Of a stretch of 64,000 nt of DNA, positions 57,358-64,000 are shown in pieces. The stretch covers positions 215,796-279,795 of the forward strand of contig JACOQA010000001.1 in the NCBI GenBank assembly GCA_014297435.1, read 5' to 3'. Position 1 is the first letter of the stretch. Each line of letters starts with the position of its first letter. Source of the DNA: Candidatus Nanohaloarchaea archaeon. GTDB taxonomy: Archaea > Nanohalarchaeota > Nanosalinia > Nanosalinales > Nanosalinaceae. Position numbers and translations under genes: made by a program. A model generated the notes under the pieces. That model was not told the origin of the DNA. It saw only the letters and a program-made list of their open reading frames with translations, and searched no databases.

Positions 57358-60337
57358 CTTCCTCACGGTTCTTAAGTATGATATTGACGGTTTCAGTAAG
57401 GAAATCATCTTCCTCCTTTATGACCGCGGTCTTGCTTCGTTCGGAAAGTTCCAAAAGAACTTCTTTCCTTACATCCTTCCTTAGCTTCCTTTCGACCGAT
57501 TTGAAGTCTAAGTGTTTTGTCCGGTCGAAGATATTTCTAGCTATTTCTTCTGATTCTTCCTCTGAAAAACTATCGGAGTAAGCATCCTCAAACAGTTTGA
57601 AAAGGGCGAATGTAACTTTGTCCATGTTTTTCCGATCTTTCTCCGATTCAATCTCTTCCTTCTCTTCCTCAACTTCTTCGTACTTTTCAATTGCTTCTTC
57701 GGAGCTTATTTCATCGTTCTTCCAGTCATTTATAATCTGCTTTACTCTATCGCTCAAGGACTCGAACGCCGGGTTTTGCTGGGCTTTTATCTCAATATTC
57801 TCTTCGAGTACAGCCCCTTCAGCAGCCGCACTGTAGTCGGGGTCTGTATCTTCGACATGCTTTACTTCCGGAGACCCAATTTCGTAGCTCACCTCTTCCT
57901 CTTCAGTATCTATCCTTTCGACTTCCATATGTTTCTCAAGGATCTCTTTCGTTTTTTCACGTACATCGCCTAAAAGCCTTCCTTGTTGCGGTCTAACTCC
58001 TCTCTCCAGTTCTTTAAATTCAAAGTAGATATCGTTTAAAATCTGCCATTTGGTGATAACTTCGTCTTCCCCCAGCTTTTTGTGAGGCTGAACCGACTCG
58101 AAGATATCCTCGGCTTCTGAGAACCTTTCGAGGAAGCATGACGCCATCTCATCGTCTTTTCTCAAGGCTGCGACAGCGGTCTGAACTGTCTCAGGGTCGT
58201 TCCTGAAACGGATGTCGAAGAGATCGATCAGTTCATCGACCAAGTCCAGGAACTCATCAGCCAACTGGTCTGTCTCTTTCAAGCCGTTCTGGATGACTTC
58301 AAACTCTTCGTATTGAAGGGCTTCGTTCGGGTTGTCAAACACTCCTGCGAAGTCTACTATCTCTCCGTTCTGCTTTCCTGCCATCGGTCTGTTCGTTCTG
58401 GCGATAGCCTGAAGCAGGTTGTGGTTGGCTATTGACTTATCCAAGTAGAGTGTTTTGAGTACAGGTGCGTCGAAACCGGTCAAAAGCTTGTCGCATACGA
58501 CAAGAAGCTTTAGCTCGCTTTCCTGCTCTTTAAACTTGTCGACTATATCTCTCTCATCTTCGTCAGAGCGTATATACTTGGTCATGAAGTCTTTGTCATC
58601 TCCATCACCAGATATAATTGCTTCGACCTCGTCTTCATCCCTGTACTTCCTTAATTCATCAGCGTAGAGAGCTGCCGCCTCTCTTGAAGGAGTGACAATC
58701 ATTCCTTTCATTCTGATAGGCTCAACTTTCTCTTCAAAGTGTTCAAGGATCTTTCTAACAACTTTCTCCATCCTAGGTCTTAGCTCTGCGAGATCGGACT
58801 CTTTAACGTATTTTCTGAGAATTTCCTGTTGTTTCTGTAGAGGGAGGTCGCCAAACTCTCCCTCGAACTCTCGATCAAGCATATCTTCGGGAACATCCTC
58901 CCACTCAACACTTTCCCTAGTGAAAGTGACTTCTGTAATAACTCCATCCCTCTGACCTTCCTCGATCGAGTAACGGTGGATGTAGTCCTCGTTTTCAGGG
59001 GAAAATTCTTTGAACGTATTCCTACCTTCTTTCCCATCTTCAACTACGGGTGTACCGGTAAAACCGAAGTAGAATGCTTCAGGGAGGGCGTTCATCAATT
59101 TACTGCCAAGCTTGCCTTCCGTAAAACGGTGAGCTTCGTCAACATAAACTACGGACTCTCCTTCAGGATCTGCTTCAATATTCGAGTCGACGTCTTCAAA
59201 CTTCTGGATCGTGGTCAAAACCAGCTGGTTCTGGTTTTCCTCAAGTATTTTTTCCAGGTCTTTAATGGTATCGGCGACATCGAAGAGAGGGAAGCCTATA
59301 TCATGTAGATCGTCGCTCATCTGTTCCTCCAGCTTCTTTCTGTCGACCACTATAATTTGTTGTCTGTCCTGGACGTTCGGCGACTTCTTCGCTTTATGCG
59401 CCGCAAACATCATGGTAAAAGATTTTCCGGAGCCCTGTGTGTGCCAGACAAGACCTTTCCGTGGTTCACCTTTTCTCAGTCTTTCAACCATCCGGTTTGA
59501 AGCCTGGAACTGCATGTAACGCGGAACAATCTTTCCTTCATCCGAGTAAAACACGTAGTACTTGAAAAGATCCATAAGTTTCTGCGGCTGGAAAAGATCA
59601 GTCATAGCGTCTTGAACCTCTTTCTCCATCTCCCCCTCAAATTCTTCGGATCTCCAAGGGAAGTAGAATTTTTGAGGTGAGTCAGTCGCAGCGTATCTAA
59701 ACCTCATACCATCGCTTACGACGTTGAATAGGTTGGGGACGAACATTCTCTGGGCGTGTTCCTGGTACTGATCCATCTCGTTCATCGCTTTCTGGACGGT
59801 TGAGCTAGGTCCTACGTTCTTCAGTTCGAACTGTACGATAGGAATCCCGTTTACCAGAAGGGTGATGTCGGGTCTGACGGATTTCTTCCTCTCGAACTGG
59901 AACTGGTTGACCGCGACGAAATCGTTCTTCTCCATCAGCTCTTTAGTGTTTCTCTCGTCTTCAGGGAAGTGGATTAGATTAATGTACTCGCTTTTTTCCT
60001 CGCCGTTTTCATCTATCACGGTGTGGCTTACACCGTCTCTCAACTTCTCGTAGAACTCTTCGTTCGCATCTAGAAGGTTTTCGGCACCCATGTTCCTCTT
60101 CAGGTTGTCAACGATCTCTTGGGCGTCCTCCTTCGAAACATTCTGGTTTAACTCGATAATTTTTTCCTTCAGATAGTTCCAGTAAACCGCTTCATCCCTG
60201 CTTCTGTCGTACTTTTCGTCGAGCTGAGATGCGCCCCATTCTCCCTTAGTTTTAGGGTTTCCATAAACGGTCCAGCCAACCTCTTCCAAGTAGTTTAGTA
60301 TCTTCGCTTCAACGCCGCCTTCAGTAGTTTTTTGCAC
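57341..60337 (-). CDS. hsdR: Type I restriction enzyme R subunit
   Basis: RPD..NGIP...ELK nuclease, HTQGSGKS, DEAH, FTGTP, LLTGFDAP, QAIARTNR. Confidence 0.97.
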   Translation of the reverse strand: MQKTTEGGVEAKILNYLEEVGWTVYGNPKTKGEWGASQLDEKYDRSRDEAVYWNYLKEKIIELNQNVSKEDAQEIVDNLKRNMGAENLLDANEEFYEKLRDGVSHTVIDENGEEKSEYINLIHFPEDERNTKELMEKNDFVAVNQFQFERKKSVRPDITLLVNGIPIVQFELKNVGPSSTVQKAMNEMDQYQEHAQRMFVPNLFNVVSDGMRFRYAATDSPQKFYFPWRSEEFEGEMEKEVQDAMTDLFQPQKLMDLFKYYVFYSDEGKIVPRYMQFQASNRMVERLRKGEPRKGLVWHTQGSGKSFTMMFAAHKAKKSPNVQDRQQIIVVDRKKLEEQMSDDLHDIGFPLFDVADTIKDLEKILEENQNQLVLTTIQKFEDVDSNIEADPEGESVVYVDEAHRFTEGKLGSKLMNALPEAFYFGFTGTPVVEDGKEGRNTFKEFSPENEDYIHRYSIEEGQRDGVITEVTFTRESVEWEDVPEDMLDREFEGEFGDLPLQKQQEILRKYVKESDLAELRPRMEKVVRKILEHFEEKVEPIRMKGMIVTPSREAAALYADELRKYRDEDEVEAIISGDGDDKDFMTKYIRSDEDERDIVDKFKEQESELKLLVVCDKLLTGFDAPVLKTLYLDKSIANHNLLQAIARTNRPMAGKQNGEIVDFAGVFDNPNEALQYEEFEVIQNGLKETDQLADEFLDLVDELIDLFDIRFRNDPETVQTAVAALRKDDEMASCFLERFSEAEDIFESVQPHKKLGEDEVITKWQILNDIYFEFKELERGVRPQQGRLLGDVREKTKEILEKHMEVERIDTEEEEVSYEIGSPEVKHVEDTDPDYSAAAEGAVLEENIEIKAQQNPAFESLSDRVKQIINDWKNDEISSEEAIEKYEEVEEEKEEIESEKDRKNMDKVTFALFKLFEDAYSDSFSEEESEEIARNIFDRTKHLDFKSVERKLRKDVRKEVLLELSERSKTAVIKEEDDFLTETVNIILKNREEDGNQN

Positions 60338-60348
60338 TTAGTAAACAC

Positions 60349-60654
60349 CTATGCTTTGGCGGCAGGATACCGGCTGGAGATAACGCTCTTAGAACTGTCG
60401 ATCTCAAGAACAAGCTCGACCTTAACAACTTCCTTATTCCTGGAGAACTCTATCTCGGCGCTGTCTATATTTTCCAATTCTTCTTTTGAGAGCGGGGTCT
60501 TGTGGGAGGCATCAACAACTTCCAAGCCTAAGAACTCTCCGTCGGAGTCAAGATCAAGTATGAAGCCGTCGAGCTCCAAGTTGGTCTCAAAGTCGTCGAA
60601 ATCTTCTCTTTCAACCACTAGAACATCGATTTCAGGTTTGTAGTCGATAATCAT
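60349..60654 (-). CDS. DUF2283 family protein (putative antitoxin)
   Basis: DY.PE.DVL..., ILDLDSDGEFLGLEVVDAS. Confidence 0.85.
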   Translation of the reverse strand: MIIDYKPEIDVLVVEREDFDDFETNLELDGFILDLDSDGEFLGLEVVDASHKTPLSKEELENIDSAEIEFSRNKEVVKVELVLEIDSSKSVISSRYPAAKA

Positions 60655-60660
60655 TTTAAT

Positions 60661-60951
60661 TCACGCTCTCCAGATACTCTTCACTAATATTTTGGTGCCT
60701 GGAACATTAAAGTATACCGGGACCTCAACCAGATTTTGTTTTAACTGGATTTTAACACGGTAGCTGTACTTGAAGTTAGGATCGCCTTGGTTGTTTTCTC
60801 TAACCTCCTCGAACTCGCAGCTCAAAATCTTCTCCTTTAGGTTCGAAACATCAACGTTTCTACGTTTTGCCCGCTCAAAAACATGCTGAACCAACTCAAT
60901 CCTCTCCGGATCACCTTCCTCGATTAGATCACAGAGTTCCTCAGGAGTCAT
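60661..60951 (-). CDS. DUF4258-like (BrnT/RelE-fold) putative toxin
   Basis: HVFERAKRRNV N-terminal motif, C-terminal ILVKSIW; upstream of DUF2283. Confidence 0.65.
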   Translation of the reverse strand: MTPEELCDLIEEGDPERIELVQHVFERAKRRNVDVSNLKEKILSCEFEEVRENNQGDPNFKYSYRVKIQLKQNLVEVPVYFNVPGTKILVKSIWRA

Positions 60952-61711
60952 CTTGATTGACCTCCTTTATTTCCTTCTCGGCTTCCTTTGGCATATCTGA
61001 AAACGAGCTTTTGATAGTATAATTTGATTTTTGAGCGTACTCGATAAGATCCAAAATTTCTTCTTCAGAGGGCTGTTCTACTGATCTAACTTTTGACTTA
61101 AAAATTCGTTTCAGGCCTTCCTCATTTGTAATAGATATCTCTTTCTTGTCCTCGTCAATCTTCCATCCTAAATACTCTTTATCTTCACAAACAACCTTCA
61201 TAGGAAGTTCCATAGCGCTGAGTTTCCCAAAGTAGACTGCTGAAAGCGAAATAGTGAAGAATGGCAGTAAAATAGAAATTAAAGCAAGCGAGAGAACTCC
61301 TTGAAGATAGAGAGTTGCAGGAATATACAGGCTGGATCCTACTACAAACATTAGAGAAATTTTCTGGAATGTAAAGCCAGAACTATCTTTTAGACTAAAT
61401 TCATTGGACATTTTCTTCAATTTTTTCGCGATGTAGTACAAAGCTATTGTGTTAAACAAAGCAAGAAATGCCGGAGCAAAGGAGTTCTCTGCTATCCAGA
61501 TAAGAGAAGAATTATACACGAAAACAGCGACACCAGCAGGAGCGCCTAAAGTCAAAGCCGAGAAAAGAGCACCTTCGATCAAAAAATCATCTTTAGAAAG
61601 ATGCTGAGTTCTTGCATCTGAAATCAAAAAACCAACAAAGTAAACCACAGCAAAACAGAAGGATCCAATGAAGGAAGCTCCAAAGATAAAGTTGAAATTG
61701 TCAAAAATCAT
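60941..61711 (-). CDS. Multi-TM membrane protein with small C-terminal beta domain
   Basis: About 5-6 hydrophobic segments then KEYLGW..ISI...IFKSKVRSVE. Confidence 0.75.
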   Translation of the reverse strand: MIFDNFNFIFGASFIGSFCFAVVYFVGFLISDARTQHLSKDDFLIEGALFSALTLGAPAGVAVFVYNSSLIWIAENSFAPAFLALFNTIALYYIAKKLKKMSNEFSLKDSSGFTFQKISLMFVVGSSLYIPATLYLQGVLSLALISILLPFFTISLSAVYFGKLSAMELPMKVVCEDKEYLGWKIDEDKKEISITNEEGLKRIFKSKVRSVEQPSEEEILDLIEYAQKSNYTIKSSFSDMPKEAEKEIKEVNQDDS

Positions 61712-62265
61712 TCTTGACTTCCCTCATCCTCTGATTTATCTTCAGAGTTTTCAGACTCAGAAAACCTACCTCTAATTTTCCTGCCTGCAACTCTGAGGCC
61801 TTGCTCAATTTTATCATTAAAGCTCCTGCCAAACATAGCGCCCTGGAACAAGTTGAACGCCAAAAAGCCCAAGCTCAAAAGGCTAACACTGAACCAAAGT
61901 TGATACTTATTCACAGTTTTCTGATAAGAATCAATAAACTGATTATTGACAGTCTCAAACTTCTGATTTAAGATCTGAATTTCTGAAGAAGTCCTATTCA
62001 GCCGATACTCTATCTCCTCAACATCTTTCTTTGTAACATTACCGTTAAGCAATCTCCCATATCTTTCACTTAAATTCTGATTCCTCCGCTCCAACTGATC
62101 AATTTCATTCCTCAACTGCTCGATAGTTTTCTCCTTCTGGTCAATCTCAGCCTCAAGTTCAGGATTCCCAGTATCCATCATACTCGGGATCTGAGCAACT
62201 ACACTCAGCATCATAACCACAAAAATCAAAGATACAACAGCTTCAACAGGATCAGTACCTGCCAT
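61708..62265 (-). CDS. Two-TM coiled-coil protein
   Basis: TM, heptad region LEAEIDQKEKTIEQLRNEIDQLERRNQNL, second TM. Confidence 0.78.
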   Translation of the reverse strand: MAGTDPVEAVVSLIFVVMMLSVVAQIPSMMDTGNPELEAEIDQKEKTIEQLRNEIDQLERRNQNLSERYGRLLNGNVTKKDVEEIEYRLNRTSSEIQILNQKFETVNNQFIDSYQKTVNKYQLWFSVSLLSLGFLAFNLFQGAMFGRSFNDKIEQGLRVAGRKIRGRFSESENSEDKSEDEGSQE

Positions 62266-62271
62266 AAACTC

Positions 62272-63678
62272 TCAGCCCTCCACCTCCACAACTTCATCCA
62301 AAACCCGTACATCCTCACCGGTACGGACACTCCCAGTCAACAAATCCTGCATAAGGCCTTTCTTCAAACGCTGAAGCTCCTCCTTCTCTTCCTTCTCTCT
62401 TTCAATTTTTTGATCCATTGAGTTGAGAGCGTCAGCTATTTTTCTCTGCTCTTCTATCTTAGGGACGTGGATTTTGAGAGTTTTTTGCTTTGTCAATCCA
62501 ATATAATCTCTCGTGCTCTGCTGGGAGTGCCCAGCCATTTCTTTCTGACAGAAGGAACTTCTGAAGAAATACTTCAGATATTCTGGATCTAGAGTTTCCT
62601 CATCGTTAATTCTGTAATATGTGACCTGAGGGCTTAACATTACTTTTTCTTTGTCTTCAGGCACCCGACCTACTCTCCCCACAGAACCTTTATGAGTCAA
62701 CAGAACATCTCCGGGCTCTGCAAATCCTTTTCTGAGATTTTCATAGGTCTCCTCTGAAATTTTCTTCGCATTTTCCCAATCTACGTGGCTATTCCAAACT
62801 GCGTCAGAAGTCACGAAAGGAATTCCTTCCTCAATGAAGTCTTCAGAAGTTGGATGTCTCTCTCCATGATTTCCATCCATAATTTTCTCTATGACTCCTT
62901 CATCTATCAGATCTCTAACTTGCTTAGAATCCCATTCTTCCGGGTATTTAGCAAATCTGGAATCTTCAAATTCTTCGTGGCTGTAGTATCCTTCTGTGAA
63001 GAGGTCCTGCATCAGGCCTTTCTTGACTCGCTGGGTTTGCTCGATGATTTCCTCCGTCTTACTGATTGCCTGATCCATATTGTAGAGAACAGAGGCGATC
63101 CGCCGCTGCTCATCTTTGGGAGGTAAAGCTACATCTAACTCGTTTCTGAAGACGCTGTAAGGGACTCTTTGTCTCCCAGTTGAACCTCTCATTCGAGAGA
63201 TTGCGTAATCTCTCACGACATAGGAATTTACAAGGTAGAAAAGGTACCATGGTACGAGTTTATCTTGATCTGGCGAAAGCACTATGAACTCTGTTGACCC
63301 TATCCCATATTCTGTGTCTATATCCTCTATGATCGCCCGTTTTCCATTCTCCGTGCAGGGAGTAATTCGTGGAAAAATAACATCATCTTCAGTGAACAAT
63401 TTTCCGCTGTAATCATCAGCATCTCTAATTCCTTCTATCGATGGATAGGGTAACTCTGTTTGTAGGTTATCCATTCCGATGTAGGTAATTTCTCCCTCAG
63501 CATCGTAAGATGGATTGACCTCGAAAATTTTTGTGCCGTCTACAAGAGACCATTCTTCAGCAACATTTTTCCAGACGAAAGAATCTTCCTTTGTCTCAAG
63601 GTCTTTAGATTCCTTCTCTTGATCGGAGCCAGAACTTCCAGAGCCCGAAATATCTCCGAGTGAGGCCTGGTTACTCAT
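62272..63678 (-). CDS. hsdS: Type I RM specificity subunit
   Basis: Two TRDs each followed by PPxxEQRxIA..KKGLMQDL. Confidence 0.95.
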   Translation of the reverse strand: MSNQASLGDISGSGSSGSDQEKESKDLETKEDSFVWKNVAEEWSLVDGTKIFEVNPSYDAEGEITYIGMDNLQTELPYPSIEGIRDADDYSGKLFTEDDVIFPRITPCTENGKRAIIEDIDTEYGIGSTEFIVLSPDQDKLVPWYLFYLVNSYVVRDYAISRMRGSTGRQRVPYSVFRNELDVALPPKDEQRRIASVLYNMDQAISKTEEIIEQTQRVKKGLMQDLFTEGYYSHEEFEDSRFAKYPEEWDSKQVRDLIDEGVIEKIMDGNHGERHPTSEDFIEEGIPFVTSDAVWNSHVDWENAKKISEETYENLRKGFAEPGDVLLTHKGSVGRVGRVPEDKEKVMLSPQVTYYRINDEETLDPEYLKYFFRSSFCQKEMAGHSQQSTRDYIGLTKQKTLKIHVPKIEEQRKIADALNSMDQKIEREKEEKEELQRLKKGLMQDLLTGSVRTGEDVRVLDEVVEVEG

Positions 63679-64000
63679 AGTTCAAGGCCTCCATGTGTTC
63701 TTGCATCTGGTTTTCGATTTCCTCGCGTTCAGACTGGAGTTGGTGCAGCTTTTCTAGTTCTTCGCTTACTTCTATGTTTTCTTCGGGTTCGGTGGTGTCG
63801 ACGTAGAGGGCGATGTTGAGGTTGTAGTCGTTTTCGCGGATTTCTTCGAGGTCGACTACTCTGGAGACTCGTTCCTCTGTCTCCCAATTCCTGTATTTTT
63901 CTACGATTTCTTTGATTCCGTTTTCTGTGAGTTTGTTTTGGTTGCTGAGTTCTTCGTAGAAGTTTTCGTCGGCTGCGTGGATGAACTGTACCTGTCCTTC
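63671..64000 (-). CDS. hsdM: Type I RM methyltransferase subunit, 3' end only
   Basis: EGQVQFIHAA..NQNKL..EEIRENDYNLNIALYVDT..; stop overlaps hsdS start. Confidence 0.92.
   Translation of the reverse strand, partial: EGQVQFIHAADENFYEELSNQNKLTENGIKEIVEKYRNWETEERVSRVVDLEEIRENDYNLNIALYVDTTEPEENIEVSEELEKLHQLQSEREEIENQMQEHMEALNYE

Noticed and set aside
445-63126. Numerous antisense or overlapping ORFs in the track (Ser/Leu/Phe-rich, e.g. 445-675, 38024-38668, 43720-44160)
   Set aside because: Shadow frames of acidic genes on the opposite strand; no motifs
62272-63678. Phase-variable or invertible hsdS
   Set aside because: Only the normal internal conserved-region repeat; no second hsdS, inverted repeats, recombinase or simple-sequence tract seen
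1-64000. CRISPR array, rRNA, transposase or integrase
   Set aside because: No regularly spaced repeats, rRNA motifs or recombinase signatures seen

Overview
Gene-dense archaeal chromosome segment with a strongly acidic proteome. Markers include class I LysRS, uL16/L10e, Dph2, aMBF1, archaeal YchF, intron-less tRNAs without encoded CCA and mostly leaderless TATA promoters. This fits a halophilic DPANN archaeon (Nanohaloarchaeota-like; inference). Positions 1-51 kb hold housekeeping genes, three tRNAs (Ala-CGC, Glu-CTC, Asp-GTC), a sugar-nucleotide operon and many lineage-specific acidic ORFs. Positions 51.5-64 kb form a defence island: a HaeIII/NgoPII-like type II RM pair, an unknown PD-(D/E)xK nuclease + HExxH gene pair, and a type I RM operon with a four-gene cassette (two membrane proteins plus a DUF4258/DUF2283-type TA pair) inserted between hsdS and hsdR. 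Items missed by the ORF track are a 55-aa histone, two convergent Cys-rich microproteins, a pseudogene and a candidate three-hairpin ncRNA. Other highlights are a probable coiled-coil histone, a protein built from three TFB-like HTH modules, a shared pseudo-palindromic promoter motif (TTRYTA-N5-TARYAA), a kinase-phosphatase pair, two pseudo-enzymes and a free-standing LAGLIDADG gene next to tRNA-Asp. All family calls come from motif recognition by eye; no searches were run.
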